Origin: Bacillota bacterium | GTDB lineage: Bacteria > Bacillota > JAAYKD01 | Reading direction: 5' to 3' | DNA: 64,000 nt | NCBI GenBank assembly: GCA_963666425.2 | Contig: OY762825.2 | Coordinates: 1,056,001-1,120,000 of the forward strand | Shown: positions 1 through 10,824 of the stretch, in pieces | Position numbering within the stretch: position 1 is the first letter of the stretch | How the letters are laid out: the number at the start of each line of letters is the position of its first letter | The notes under the pieces: model-generated | Database searches by the model: none | Told to the model about the DNA's origin: nothing | What the model saw: the letters and a program-made list of their open reading frames with translations, nothing else | Position numbers and translations under genes: made by a program

Positions 1-989
1 GCAGAGCCCAGATAACCAGCCAGTTCGAGGGGATTTTTTCTCAATGCAGAGCGCTTCATGCGGCGTGCCCCGGTGTGCTCCGCTACGCGGCGGACGATTT
101 TAGCGGGGACTCTGGTCAGAACCATCATACCGGCATCAGTAAAAGCCTCTTCTGCCAGCGCGTGAATGCCCTTATCCGTTAGTATCACATTGACACCCAG
201 ATCAATGATTTTCTGTATAGCAGTTCTGAACTCATTCTGCAGTTCCATGTAGCGCGCAAAACCGCTTTCGGTTGCTAAGGCTTCTTCACCCAGCTCTTCC
301 GGTTCCAAAGCATCATCAAACAGCATAATTTTCGCGTTTCGGATCTGATGCGGCATCTCTTTGCTGACCGGTTCTTTTTCGACGATGATTCCTAAAAAGA
401 CTTCATTGTTGGCGCCTTCTTTGGCAAGAATCATCTCGGCTAATTTAAAAGCCGGATCCTTCAGTTTATCGGCTCCCACCAGACAGGCAGCTTCCACCGC
501 CAAATCGGCGATATCTTCATGTTCTCTGCCGGCTACCAAGGCGACGTTTTTCAAAATCTGTCGATCCATATTATCCAGCGGACGGCTGTGTTGTTCGATG
601 GAAGCAATCGCCTGCCTGACACCAAAACGCACTCCGTCGATCACACGGGCAATCGGCACCCCCTTGAGCACTTGTTCGGCACCTTGGCTGATCAAAGCGC
701 TGGCAATGATGGTTGCGGTGGTTGTGCCGTCGCCGATTTCCTCCTGCTGCGCTTTGGCCACATTGATCAATAAACGGGCGGCAGGGTGTGTCACATCCAT
801 TTTTTCCAAAATGGTAACCCCGGCATTGGTAATCAGAACGTCACCATAGCGATCGACCAGCATAGTATCCAGACCTTTCGGTCCGATGGTTCCTTCCACA
901 GCAGAAGCGATGGCGCGGATGGCGGCAGCATTGTTCATTAATGCGGATAACTTTTCTTCGCCTTCACGGCCTTGTGTTGTGTTTGCCAT
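1..989 (-). CDS. Thermosome-like (group III) chaperonin, TCP-1/cpn60 family; 3' end runs off the window
   Basis: Manual translation from ATG at 989: MANTTQGREGEEKLSALMNNAAAIRAIASAVEGTIGPKGLDTMLVDRYGDVLITNAGVTILEKMDVTHPAARLLINVAKAQQEEIGDGTTTA. It has GPKG and GDGTTT motifs plus the group II-like HPAA motif, and lies directly downstream of hrcA. Absent from the ORF track because it is truncated. Confidence 0.92.
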   Translation of the reverse strand, partial: MANTTQGREGEEKLSALMNNAAAIRAIASAVEGTIGPKGLDTMLVDRYGDVLITNAGVTILEKMDVTHPAARLLINVAKAQQEEIGDGTTTATIIASALISQGAEQVLKGVPIARVIDGVRFGVRQAIASIEQHSRPLDNMDRQILKNVALVAGREHEDIADLAVEAACLVGADKLKDPAFKLAEMILAKEGANNEVFLGIIVEKEPVSKEMPHQIRNAKIMLFDDALEPEELGEEALATESGFARYMELQNEFRTAIQKIIDLGVNVILTDKGIHALAEEAFTDAGMMVLTRVPAKIVRRVAEHTGARRMKRSALRKNPLELAGYLGS

Positions 990-1004
990 AGTCACAAAAC
1001 TCCT

Positions 1005-2033
1005 TTAGCCTTTGGTAAATACTTCCGATAATAGTTTGCTGACTTCCCGAACAGCAGCAACCGCTCTGGCATAATCCATGCGGGTCGGGCCTAAGACACC
1101 AACCCAGCCCATCGGCTGACCGTTCCATTTATAGACCGCGGTGACTAAACTGCAGTTCTCTACTTCCTGCATTTGATTTTCCGAACCGATCGTGACCTGA
1201 ACCTGATCGGTTTGCTGCAAATTACCCAGCAGATGCTTCATATATTCGCGATGATCCAGCAGCTGAAGGATACCGCGCACCTGCTTGATGTCCTGAAATT
1301 CTGGCTGCCCCAGCATTCTGGAGGCACCGCCCAGATATAAATCACTCTGATGCTCACCCAGCAAAACCTGCTGAATCAAGTCGAGGACCTGATCGAATTG
1401 GCTGATTTTCTGACCGACATCAGCTCTCACTTGGCTGATTCCGGCCTTTAACATTTGATTCCAGGTGACATTGTGGAATTTCTGATTGATATAGTTCGTA
1501 ATATTGTCCAAGTCATTCTGATCGATATTCGGAGGCAGGGCAATCATGCGGTTGGCCACCAGGCCATTTTCTGCGACCACCACAGCCAAAGCCTGACCCG
1601 CTTGGATTTCAATCATTTGTAGTTTATTCAAGCGGCTGGACTGCGGCTGCGGTCCGGAAGCCATCGCCATATAATCGGTCAGAGAAGCCAGTAAATGAGC
1701 CGATTGCTGAATGACATTCTCCAAGACCTGAGCCTGCTGCTGATAACCTTGGCGAATGGCTTTGATTTCCTCGGGGGAAACCGCCACCTCGTCCAGCAAA
1801 TGATCAACATAAAAGCGATAACCGTTCTCCGAAGGGATTCTTCCAGCGGAAGTATGCGGCTGCTGTAAAAAGCCCATCTCTTCCAAATCCGCCATTTCAT
1901 TGCGAATGGTTGCGGCGCTGACATTAAAAATGTATCGTCTGGCAATCGTCCGTGAACCCACAGGTTCCGCCGTCAGGATATAGTCGCGCACAATCGCTTG
2001 CAGTATACGCCTCTTGCGTTCATCCAATTCCAT
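1005..2033 (-). CDS. hrcA: Heat-inducible transcription repressor HrcA
   Basis: PVGSRTI..SAATIRNEMADLEEMG..PHTSAGRIPS and GPTRMDY motifs; CIRCE upstream. Confidence 0.97.
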   Translation of the reverse strand: MELDERKRRILQAIVRDYILTAEPVGSRTIARRYIFNVSAATIRNEMADLEEMGFLQQPHTSAGRIPSENGYRFYVDHLLDEVAVSPEEIKAIRQGYQQQAQVLENVIQQSAHLLASLTDYMAMASGPQPQSSRLNKLQMIEIQAGQALAVVVAENGLVANRMIALPPNIDQNDLDNITNYINQKFHNVTWNQMLKAGISQVRADVGQKISQFDQVLDLIQQVLLGEHQSDLYLGGASRMLGQPEFQDIKQVRGILQLLDHREYMKHLLGNLQQTDQVQVTIGSENQMQEVENCSLVTAVYKWNGQPMGWVGVLGPTRMDYARAVAAVREVSKLLSEVFTKG

Positions 2034-2079
2034 TCAGCTCACCTCTGCCTTCTTTTTACGATGCGGTACTTTTACCTGC

Positions 2080-2106
2080 TTAGCACTCTCAAGCATCGAG
2101 TGCTAA
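2080..2106. promoter_or_regulatory. CIRCE element (HrcA operator)
   Basis: TTAGCACTC-tcaagcatc-GAGTGCTAA, a perfect match to TTAGCACTC-N9-GAGTGCTAA. Confidence 0.97.
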
Positions 2107-2113
2107 CAAGGAA

Positions 2114-2142
2114 AAGATACACCTTACAGAAGAAATTGTCAA
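2114..2142 (-). promoter_or_regulatory. Sigma-A promoter of the hrcA operon
   Basis: Minus strand TTGACA-17 nt-TATCTT immediately upstream of CIRCE. Confidence 0.7.
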
Positions 2143-2160
2143 GCAGAAAAACAAAAAACG

Positions 2161-3324
2161 TCAGGAAAGGTCAAAGTCTTTTTCGTCCGGGAGAAAACGC
2201 AGGAAAACTTGATTACCCAGCGGGATTCCGCGGCTCGTTAAAGCAATTCTATCGCCGTCTTTTCTGATCCAACCCTGCTCAGTGCAGAAGGCGATTGCCT
2301 CCTGATAGTATTGTAAAAAGTCAATTTGAAAACGGTGATTCAGCTCGGAAACCGAGATTCCTTGCAGGGTGCGCAAACCTAACATGACCGTCTCTCCCAA
2401 TTCGATCGCGCGGGTTGTATATTCATTTTCAGCAATACAGGGTTGATGGTATTGCTGCCAAGCGCGGATATAGCGCTCGACGTCCGCTACATGAGAAAAC
2501 CGATGTTTGTCCAGATAAGAAAAAGCTGCCGCACCTAGACCAAGGTAGGTTTGATTATGCCAGTAGATCAGGTTGTGTTGGCATTCCGCACCGGGCACGG
2601 CAAAATTAGAGATTTCGTATTGCTGCAGCCCGGCTTTTTCGGTCAGTATCGCTGCCAGCTGCATCATCTGCAGCTGCTCTTCTTCTTCCGGCAATTGCAA
2701 TTTGCCTTCTGCCAGCAGACGGCCGAACGGCGTCTGCTCTTCTACAATCAAATTATACAGGGAAAGGTGCGGCGGCTGAAACTGCAAGGCTTTGTTCAAT
2801 GTTTCACGCCAGTCCGCCAGTGTCTGACCGGGCAGCCCATAGATCAGATCCATGCTCCAGTTCTGCAGTCCGCTGTTTTTTAAATCCAGAATGGTTTGCT
2901 CTGCTTCTTCGGCTGTGTGACAGCGTCCCATTGCCTGCAGTAAGTGCGGCTGAAAAGACTGAACGCCTAAACTCAGGCGATTGATGCCTCGCCGCCGAAT
3001 GAGCGAGATTTTTTTCGGGGTCAGGCTGCCTGGATTTGCTTCCATTGATTTTTCCGCACCCTGGTGAAAGCTGAAATTTTGTTCAATCAAATCGAACAAG
3101 CGTTCCAATTCTGCTGTTTCTAAAATAGAAGGCGTACCGCCGCCGATAAACAGCGTATCAAAGACAACACCCTGCAGTCTTTGATCCCTGGCGTACCAGG
3201 CTGCTTCCTCTGCTAAGGCAGAGAGATAGCGCTCCCGCTGCGTTCGGCAGGTCGGGATCGAATAGAAATCGCAATATTGACACTTGCTCTGACAAAAAGG
3301 AATATGAAGATAGAGACCAATCAT
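2161..3324 (-). CDS. hemW: Radical SAM heme chaperone HemW (HemN-like)
   Basis: LYLHIPFCQSKCQYCDF, FIGGGTPS, YEISNF, HNLIYW; lepA-hemW-hrcA synteny; start moved to the ATG at 3324 after a GAGGTG RBS. Confidence 0.92.
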   Translation of the reverse strand: MIGLYLHIPFCQSKCQYCDFYSIPTCRTQRERYLSALAEEAAWYARDQRLQGVVFDTLFIGGGTPSILETAELERLFDLIEQNFSFHQGAEKSMEANPGSLTPKKISLIRRRGINRLSLGVQSFQPHLLQAMGRCHTAEEAEQTILDLKNSGLQNWSMDLIYGLPGQTLADWRETLNKALQFQPPHLSLYNLIVEEQTPFGRLLAEGKLQLPEEEEQLQMMQLAAILTEKAGLQQYEISNFAVPGAECQHNLIYWHNQTYLGLGAAAFSYLDKHRFSHVADVERYIRAWQQYHQPCIAENEYTTRAIELGETVMLGLRTLQGISVSELNHRFQIDFLQYYQEAIAFCTEQGWIRKDGDRIALTSRGIPLGNQVFLRFLPDEKDFDLS

Positions 3325-3391
3325 CTGCTTCACCTCAATAGAAAAGCTGCGCCGGTCAGTCGTTTTCACACCTCCCGGCACAGCCATGCTC

Positions 3392-5194
3392 TTATTTGTC
3401 AATCTTTAAAACAGCCATAAATGCTTCCTGAGGCAATTCCACATTACCTACCATCCGCATCCGCTTTTTACCTTCTTTTTGTTTCTCCAGCAATTTGCGT
3501 TTTCGGCTGATGTCGCCGCCGTAACATTTGGCCAATACATCCTTGCGATAGGCGGATATGGTTTCCCTGGCGACAATTTTATTGCCCAAAGCCGCTTGAA
3601 TGGGGATTTCAAACTGCTGGCGCGGGATCACCTTGCGCAGACGTTCACAAATTGCCCGCCCACGCGGCACCGCTTTGTCTTTGTGTACGATCACTGCCAG
3701 CGCATCGACCGGATCTCCGCTGACCAGAATATCCATTTTCACCAAGTCTGCTTCCTGATAACCGATGAATTCATAATCCAGCGAAGCATAGCCTTTGGTG
3801 CGTGATTTTAATTGATCGAAAAAGTCGTAGATAATTTCGGACAGAGGCAAGGAATAATAGAGTTCCACCCGGTTGGCATCAATATAGTCCATGTGATCAT
3901 AAACACCGCGCCGGTCGCGTACCAATTCCATAATAGCGCCAATATATGCCTCCGGTGCAAAAATGCTGGCTCTGACATACGGCTCTTCGATCTTTTCGAT
4001 TTCGGTTGGCTGCGGCACCATAGAAGGGTTATCCAAGCGCACGACTTCACCGTTGGTTTTTGTGATCTGATAGATGACGGTCGGCGCCGTGGTGATGATA
4101 TCGATATTAGCATGGCGTTCCAAACGCTCCTGCACAATTTCCAGATGGAGCAAGCCTAAAAAGCCACAGCGAAAGCCAAATCCCAGGGCGGCAGAGGTTT
4201 CCGGTTCAAAACTAAGCGAAGCATCGTTCAGCTGTAATTTTTCCAGAGCATCCCGCAAATTGGGAAACTCGCTGGTCTCGGTGGGATAGATGCCGCAAAA
4301 GACCATGGAAGTTGCTTTGCGATAGCCGGGCAGCGACTGCGCCGCCGGATTTTCCGCATTGGTAATCGTATCACCAACCCGGGTATCCTGCACGCTGCGG
4401 ATGGTCGCTGTGACATAACCAACTTCTCCTGCCCGCAGCATGGGCAGCGATTGCATATTCGGTCGGAAATCGCCGACATCGTTGACTTCATAAATTTTAC
4501 CGGTCGCCATAAAGAGGATCTTCATGCCCGATTTGATGACGCCTTGCATCACCCGGATATAACAGATGACACCGCGGTAATTATCATAAAAGGAATCAAA
4601 AATCATCGCCTGCAGCGGCCCGTCGACGTCCCCTTGCGGCGGAGGTACCAATTGAACGATTTGTTCTAAAATTTCCGGGATGCCGGTGCCATCCTTGGCC
4701 GAAGCCAGGACCGCATTGGAGCAATCCAAACCGATCACATCTTCGATTTGTTTTTTCACCCGCTCCGGTTCGGCGCTGGGCAGATCGATTTTATTGATGA
4801 CCGGTATGATTTCCAGATTATGATCCAAGGCCAAATAGCAATTGGCTAAGGTCTGTGCCTCAATGCCCTGCGATGCATCCACAACCAAAATAGCGCCTTC
4901 ACAAGCCGCCAGAGAGCGGGAGACTTCGTAATTAAAGTCCACATGTCCCGGGGTATCAATCAGATTTAACTGATAGGTTTTGCCATCTTTTGCTTTATAA
5001 TCAAGCCGCACGGCATGCAGCTTGATGGTAATGCCTCTCTCCCGTTCCAGATCCATTTGATCCAGTACCTGGTCTTCCATTTCGCGCAGGGACAGCGTGC
5101 CGGTCGCTTCAATTAAGCGGTCGGCCAGCGTCGATTTGCCATGGTCGATATGTGCAACAATGCAGAAATTACGAATCAGATTCATATAGTTCAC
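3392..5194 (-). CDS. lepA: Translation elongation factor 4 (LepA)
   Basis: [54 protein letters not shown]. Confidence 0.98.
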   Translation of the reverse strand: MNYMNLIRNFCIVAHIDHGKSTLADRLIEATGTLSLREMEDQVLDQMDLERERGITIKLHAVRLDYKAKDGKTYQLNLIDTPGHVDFNYEVSRSLAACEGAILVVDASQGIEAQTLANCYLALDHNLEIIPVINKIDLPSAEPERVKKQIEDVIGLDCSNAVLASAKDGTGIPEILEQIVQLVPPPQGDVDGPLQAMIFDSFYDNYRGVICYIRVMQGVIKSGMKILFMATGKIYEVNDVGDFRPNMQSLPMLRAGEVGYVTATIRSVQDTRVGDTITNAENPAAQSLPGYRKATSMVFCGIYPTETSEFPNLRDALEKLQLNDASLSFEPETSAALGFGFRCGFLGLLHLEIVQERLERHANIDIITTAPTVIYQITKTNGEVVRLDNPSMVPQPTEIEKIEEPYVRASIFAPEAYIGAIMELVRDRRGVYDHMDYIDANRVELYYSLPLSEIIYDFFDQLKSRTKGYASLDYEFIGYQEADLVKMDILVSGDPVDALAVIVHKDKAVPRGRAICERLRKVIPRQQFEIPIQAALGNKIVARETISAYRKDVLAKCYGGDISRKRKLLEKQKEGKKRMRMVGNVELPQEAFMAVLKIDK

Positions 5195-5221
5195 AAAATA
5201 TCCTGCCTTCCAATCTACAAG

Positions 5222-5845
5222 CTAGCGCCGCATGCCGCTGCGTAAAATACTCAAGAGATAATCCAGTTGATTGATGAAGCTATTTTCGTCTGGTATACCA
5301 ATCACCGGCTCAGACAAAGTGAAGTCCTGCAGATTGACCATCAGATGATTGATCAGTCTGCCCATTAATTCCACCGGTACGTCACGGCGTAATTCGCCGC
5401 GCGCGATGGCTTGTTCTATCATATGTTCGTAATAATCAATGCCTTCCACTGCATATCTCAATCCGATCACATCCTGCAGTCCGGCACCTTCCATACGAAC
5501 TCTGCGTAAAAAAGCTGCTTCTGTGGGATGGGTTTGAGCAAAATCCATGATCAGTCTGCCCTGAACTTTCAGGAGAATAAAAAAATCGAGTCTGCCGACC
5601 GGACGAATCTCCTGAAACCTTTTTTGGGCAAAGGCAGCTTGTATCCCGGCTACTTGATCCAGCACACTCAAATAAAGCTGCTTTTTATCTTCGAAGTGAT
5701 GATAAAAACTGCCTTTCGATACCTTTGATTTTTTCAAAATTTCGTTGATCGAAGCAGTTTCATAACTGTGTGCCGCAAATTCTTCGAGCGCTTCATGGTA
5801 TAATTGTTCCTCATTCTTAATCTTGCTCATCTCTTCTGCCGGCAT
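5222..5845 (-). CDS. TetR/AcrR family transcriptional regulator
   Basis: N-terminal HTH SINEILKKSKVSKGSFYHHFEDK. Confidence 0.9.
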   Translation of the reverse strand: MPAEEMSKIKNEEQLYHEALEEFAAHSYETASINEILKKSKVSKGSFYHHFEDKKQLYLSVLDQVAGIQAAFAQKRFQEIRPVGRLDFFILLKVQGRLIMDFAQTHPTEAAFLRRVRMEGAGLQDVIGLRYAVEGIDYYEHMIEQAIARGELRRDVPVELMGRLINHLMVNLQDFTLSEPVIGIPDENSFINQLDYLLSILRSGMRR

Positions 5846-6193
5846 ACAGGAACCTCCTCGTGCACTGATTTCTAGTGCTATTGTTAGTCATGTTGCATTA
5901 TATCACCTTTCGAGAATAGATGCTATCCCTCATGTTCTAAAGTTGCGAGATTTTTGCAAAACTTTGAAAAGCAAAGCGGATTTCTACAGTAGAGGGCCTT
6001 CTAGCCGCACTAAACAAAGATTCAGAAACAACTGCCTCTTTATCGCTTTGCTTCAGAAAAATACAGGCAAAAGTAGCAATACTCCTTGCAAATTGAAAAC
6101 AGGCGTGTTACAATATCTGAGTGCTATTTATCCTATAAAACTGCTGCCTCGCTGTTTTTGGATAGAACTGAAATAATGAAGGAGGTGAGACGC

Positions 6194-6466
6194 ATGGCCA
6201 ATAATAAATCTGCCATCAAGCGCGTGAAAATCACCGCCAAGAAAACTGCTCGGAACAATATTATTCGTTCCAAAGTTCGGAATTCCATCCGTAAGTTTAG
6301 AATCGCTGTCACAAGCGAAGTGGAGAACAAGGATGTCATTTTGAAGAATGCTATCAGCCAGATTGATAAAGCAGTTTCCAAAGGCATTTTACACAAGAAC
6401 AACGCCGCCCGCAAAAAATCACGCTTAACCAAGCGACTCAACAAAGTTACCGCACCCGTAGTCTAG
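6194..6466 (+). CDS. rpsT: 30S ribosomal protein S20
   Basis: MANNKSAIKRVK..IDKAVSKGILHKNNAARKKSRL; GGAGGTG RBS before ATG 6194. Confidence 0.97.
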   Translation: MANNKSAIKRVKITAKKTARNNIIRSKVRNSIRKFRIAVTSEVENKDVILKNAISQIDKAVSKGILHKNNAARKKSRLTKRLNKVTAPVV

Positions 6467-6514
6467 GCTTCTGCTTTGACTGAGTCGGTATTTGTTTGCT
6501 TTGCATAAAATAAT

Positions 6515-6568
6515 AACGCTCTGTGCTGTTAAAGAGGAACCTCTTCAACCGCGGAGCGTTTTATTTTT
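6515..6568. terminator. Hairpin between convergent rpsT and holA
   Basis: AACGCTCtGtG..GAGG-aa-CCTC..CGCGGAGCGTT followed by a T-rich tract. Confidence 0.6.
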
Positions 6569-6592
6569 GTACAAAAATAATACCCTACCGAC

Positions 6593-7630
6593 TCAGTGAA
6601 TTTTAGCAAGAAAAGAGCCCACCAACATTTCCAAAGCGATTTGTTTTTCCAGTTTCCCGGTCAATACCGCTTCTTCTTTTTCCACCACTTCCGCTAAAAG
6701 TTGATAAAGGTCTTCCCTCTGGAATTTCGAGGCGCTAAAGGAGATTCGCTTAATCGCAAAAGGTCTGACTCCCAACGCTTCTGCCATCTGATTTTCGCCA
6801 GTTTTCTGCTGTTGCCATTCCTTTACCCGCAGGATTTGGCGCAGCTGATAGCGTACCAGAGCCAATAATCTGACCGGATCTTCTCCGCGCCGCAGCATTT
6901 CACTCAATAAGTCCATGGCTTTGGCGCCTTGCTTGGCGGTAATCAGATCCATCAGCTCAAAAACATTGGTTTCCGCAGAAGCAGCCAAATAAGGTAAGGC
7001 TTCTTTTAATAGAATCGCTTTGGCCGGCGAAAAAAGCAGCGACAGTTTCTCCACTTCCTGCTCGGCAATACCAACTTGACTGCCGGCTAAATTAACCAGA
7101 TATTCAAGTAAACCGTAATCGGCTTTTAATTGATGCGCAGCAAAAAAATCCTGCACGGTGCGCAGCATATCGTCCCGCCTTAAGACCGGACATTCCACTG
7201 CTTTTGCTAAGGGAAGCAACAGCTTCGTGAATTTTCTTCTTTTATCAAGACTGCCGTAACCGCAAAGCACCAGAATATTGCCGCCATTGGTCAGCAGATC
7301 CAGCCAGGCTTTTTCTTCACTCCCGTTGTCCGAGCTTGGCTCGGTAGTTTCCTCTTCGTTTTTATTTTTCCCTTTTAGTAAACGGAAATTTTCAATAAAA
7401 ACGATCTTCTCCCCTCCCAGCAAGCTGACCTGAAGCTGTTCTTCCAATTCAGGTAGGTGCAGATCACTGCCGTTCAGTGTGACCAGATTATATTCTTGTT
7501 CCTCTTTTGGCACCAAGTCGGATAACATCTGTTTGCAGCGCTGGACCTGCCAATAGTCTTCCCCGTAAATCAGATATAAATTGGCAATTTCCCCTTGCTT
7601 CAATTCGTTCTTTAATTGTCTCCAGTCCAT
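6593..7630 (-). CDS. holA: DNA polymerase III delta subunit
   Basis: LYLIYGED N-terminus; comEC-holA-rpsT synteny. Confidence 0.9.
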   Translation of the reverse strand: MDWRQLKNELKQGEIANLYLIYGEDYWQVQRCKQMLSDLVPKEEQEYNLVTLNGSDLHLPELEEQLQVSLLGGEKIVFIENFRLLKGKNKNEEETTEPSSDNGSEEKAWLDLLTNGGNILVLCGYGSLDKRRKFTKLLLPLAKAVECPVLRRDDMLRTVQDFFAAHQLKADYGLLEYLVNLAGSQVGIAEQEVEKLSLLFSPAKAILLKEALPYLAASAETNVFELMDLITAKQGAKAMDLLSEMLRRGEDPVRLLALVRYQLRQILRVKEWQQQKTGENQMAEALGVRPFAIKRISFSASKFQREDLYQLLAEVVEKEEAVLTGKLEKQIALEMLVGSFLAKIH

Positions 7631-7690
7631 TGCAGCTCACCTCTTTTTAACTTAGTTCGCAACAGGAGCTGCGTTATCCTGCCGTCGTGC

Positions 7691-10060
7691 TCATTCTTCC
7701 GGGTGACAGACCGTCACAGTCCACTGCTTGCCGTCGCTGCGCAGCCGCATCGCGCCGACCTGATTCGTAGCATAGACTGCCGCAGCAGCGTTGGTTAAGC
7801 GATTGACAGTTTCCTCTGCCGGATGACCATAGCGGTTATCACGTCCGGCTGAAATGACTGCAATGCTTGGCTGCCAGGCAGCCAGCAGCTGACTGGAACT
7901 GGAACTGCTGCCGCCGTGATGGGCAACTTTCAGCACAACTGCAGTTTTTTCTGCTGCGACGGTCGCCAGCAATTGCTGCTCGGCAGCTGTCTCGATATCC
8001 CCGGTCAGCCAAATCACCGTCTCGCCATACTGCAGACGCAGTACAACCGAATCATCATTGCCGCCATCCCGACTCACCCCGCAGAGCCTGACTTCGATCT
8101 GACATTGTTTGGCAATTTGGATCTGATCCCCCTTGGTCAGCATAATCTGTTGATCTGCCTTGATCATGCTCAGCCATTGCTGCAGATCTTGCGGCAACTT
8201 GGTGTTCTCAGGCAAGGCGTGCAGAAATAAACGAAAGGGAAACGCCTGATTGACTTGAATCAGCCCCTGATAGTGATCGCCATGCGCATGAGTCAGCAGA
8301 ACAACATCCAAGCGCTGGATCCCCTGACGGCGCAGGAACGGTACCACTGCCTTTTTCCCCACGTTGCTTTCACCGGTGGCAGAACCACCGCCATCTATCA
8401 GCATCGTATGTCCATCGGGGAAACGGAAAAAGAGCGCCTCTCCCTGACCAACATCGAGCATTACCATTTCCATCGCATACGGCCAAGGATGCCAAATCCA
8501 GAGCATTACTGTTGTGACTGCCGCAGCGGCAACTGCTTTTCTGCTGATTTTAGGATTGCTAAACGGCCAAACGGTCAGCAGCAATAAAACAGCATAACTG
8601 GCTGCCACAGCCAGCCAACCGGGTGTGGCAATATTATAAGCGGCAAAGGGCAATCCGGCAAAAAAACCACCGATTTTGATCAGCACCCCAATATAGAGGT
8701 GCGCGATGGCATAAGCCCATGCCGCAGCAGCCGGTCCCAGCGGAGTCAGACAGATTAACAGTAAGACCAAGAAGGGAGCCGGCAGAATGAAAACAGCGAA
8801 AACTAAATTACTGAGCGGAGCAATCAAAGAAATCTGATTGAATAATTGAATACCCAGCGGCAACACTGCCGTCTGCGCTGCCAATGTCACAGCCAAAGTT
8901 AACGCGACCGGCTTGGGTAAGTGCAGCCTCAGCTGCAAACCATGAGCAAAGCGAGCAGACCATAGCAAGATACCGGCTACCGCAGCAAAGGATAATTGAA
9001 ATCCAGCTTCATAAAGAATAAACGGGTTTTGCAGACAAAGCAGCAAAGCGGTGAGCGCCAGCAAGGAAGGCCATTGCGTTCTGCGCAGGATTAACCTAGC
9101 CAGTAAGGCGAGAATGATCATCGTTCCCGCTCTTAAGACAGAATCTTCCAAACCGGTCAGCAGCATAAAAAAGAGGACAGCCAGCACGGAGAGGCCATAT
9201 TCCAGGTTCAGCGAGAGCGGCAGCCGGCGCAGCAGCCAACGAATCCCCGCTAAAAAGATGACAACATTACCGCCCGAAACAGCCAGCAAATGCAATAATC
9301 CCACCACTTGAAAGGAATCATACCATTCTTCTGGCAATTCATCCGTCACACCGATGGTCAATCCCAACAAGAAAGCCGCCTGCTCCGGCTGCAGATAGCT
9401 GCGGCCATTGGCTTGGATTTCAGTCATTTGCCGGTAAATGCTGCGGCGGATCTGCCAAATCAAACGGATCAAAGAAACCTGAGCCGCTGGCTGCAGTGAG
9501 GACAACCCCGTTTTGGTCACGTAAATTCTGCCAATGATGCCGCGTCTGTGATTTTGCAGCTGCCAATCGGGATCACCAAAATTGTAACGGCCGCTATTAA
9601 CGGATAACTTGCCTTCTGCCTGCAGGAAATCTCCGGGTGCTGGCTGCAGCGTGATACCCGCCTCAAAATAAACCTGTAATCTGCCCGGTATCATCTCTTT
9701 TTTTTGATTATGGCTGATGGTCAGCTCACTCAAACTCAAGCACCAGGCACCTTGGTCATCCTGCAGCGGAAATCCGTCGACACAGCCGCTGATCTCTACT
9801 GTTTCACCTTGCCAGGACTCTTCCAGACTGGCAGGCAGCATAACTGCACGTATTGTTGTAAAGCAGAAGCCGCTGAACAAAGCGAGCGCTGCCAGCAGCG
9901 GCAGCAACTGTCGAGCGTGCTGCCGTAGGTACCAGGCGATCAGCAAGGAAACTCCGATCACTGCCAGCGGCAGCCAGACCGCTCCCCAAGTACAGCCCTG
10001 CAGAAGAATGCCGCCGGTAAACCCAACAGCAAGCCAAAAAATAACGGTCTGCCGCATCAT
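7691..10060 (-). CDS. comEC: DNA uptake channel ComEC/Rec2
   Basis: GLLHLLAVSGGN competence domain, GFQLSF, C-terminal MBL domain LDVGQGE/THAHGDH/KVAHHG/NRYGHP. Confidence 0.95.
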   Translation of the reverse strand: MMRQTVIFWLAVGFTGGILLQGCTWGAVWLPLAVIGVSLLIAWYLRQHARQLLPLLAALALFSGFCFTTIRAVMLPASLEESWQGETVEISGCVDGFPLQDDQGAWCLSLSELTISHNQKKEMIPGRLQVYFEAGITLQPAPGDFLQAEGKLSVNSGRYNFGDPDWQLQNHRRGIIGRIYVTKTGLSSLQPAAQVSLIRLIWQIRRSIYRQMTEIQANGRSYLQPEQAAFLLGLTIGVTDELPEEWYDSFQVVGLLHLLAVSGGNVVIFLAGIRWLLRRLPLSLNLEYGLSVLAVLFFMLLTGLEDSVLRAGTMIILALLARLILRRTQWPSLLALTALLLCLQNPFILYEAGFQLSFAAVAGILLWSARFAHGLQLRLHLPKPVALTLAVTLAAQTAVLPLGIQLFNQISLIAPLSNLVFAVFILPAPFLVLLLICLTPLGPAAAAWAYAIAHLYIGVLIKIGGFFAGLPFAAYNIATPGWLAVAASYAVLLLLTVWPFSNPKISRKAVAAAAVTTVMLWIWHPWPYAMEMVMLDVGQGEALFFRFPDGHTMLIDGGGSATGESNVGKKAVVPFLRRQGIQRLDVVLLTHAHGDHYQGLIQVNQAFPFRLFLHALPENTKLPQDLQQWLSMIKADQQIMLTKGDQIQIAKQCQIEVRLCGVSRDGGNDDSVVLRLQYGETVIWLTGDIETAAEQQLLATVAAEKTAVVLKVAHHGGSSSSSSQLLAAWQPSIAVISAGRDNRYGHPAEETVNRLTNAAAAVYATNQVGAMRLRSDGKQWTVTVCHPEE

Positions 10061-10686
10061 TGCACTGTAATGGAAGCAGCAATGGCAGCATAAATACCGT
10101 TTCCGATCCCGGCAACCAGCATAATCTCTTCTGTTTTTTGGAAATTACCGTTCTTTTCCCGATAAGCGATAATCGCCTTGGCGCGAACCTCGCCAATTTG
10201 TGGCAAAGTTGCCAGCGTTTCGGCATCTGCCAGATTAATATTCACCTTGCCATCCGAAGTGATTTGCCTGCCGGCTGTGTCTTTTGCCGCCGTTTCTCCG
10301 ATAGAGGGAACGTAATAACGCTGACCATCCTCTAAAATGGCAGCGAGATTGATCTGATCCAAATCCGCCGCCTCGGTTTCACCCCCGGCCATTGTAATCG
10401 CTTCACCCAAACGGCTGCCGCCAGCCAGCCGCAGCAACCCGGGCTGCCTGACCGCTCCGGCCAGATGCACAACAATTTCGCCTGCTTCTGCGGTTTGGCC
10501 ACCCTGCTTGTCGGTAGCTGTTGGCGCGGTCATTTCCTTTCCCGCTCCAACCTCATTCTTCGTCAGACTTGGGATAACAGCCGGCTGCACTGCTGCTGCA
10601 TTCCACCACCAGAGACCGCCAGCGGAGATGAGGAGACCGCAGAGCAGACCTAAAAGCATCCCTTGCCGCAACGATAATCGATTCAT
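10057..10686 (-). CDS. comEA: Competence DNA receptor ComEA
   Basis: N-terminal TM, SLBB (VHLAGAVRQPG), HhH domain KVNINLAD..LPQIGEVRAKAII. Confidence 0.93.
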   Translation of the reverse strand: MNRLSLRQGMLLGLLCGLLISAGGLWWWNAAAVQPAVIPSLTKNEVGAGKEMTAPTATDKQGGQTAEAGEIVVHLAGAVRQPGLLRLAGGSRLGEAITMAGGETEAADLDQINLAAILEDGQRYYVPSIGETAAKDTAGRQITSDGKVNINLADAETLATLPQIGEVRAKAIIAYREKNGNFQKTEEIMLVAGIGNGIYAAIAASITVQ

Positions 10687-10824
10687 CCATCATCACCTCC
10701 TCTCAGACGTAAGTATGGATATCATTTCCAGAATAAATAGAATAAATCCTGCTGTAATTAAGAATAAATCAGAAAAAAAACAGACCTTTTTTGTAAAGGC
10801 CTGTTGCTGTTCTTTTTAACACGT

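Noticed and set aside
361-849. Numerous antisense or overlapping ORFs in the track (e.g. 361-849, 23409-24104, 36020-36727, 32105-32719)
   Set aside because: They are shadow ORFs opposite well-supported genes, with no recognisable motifs.
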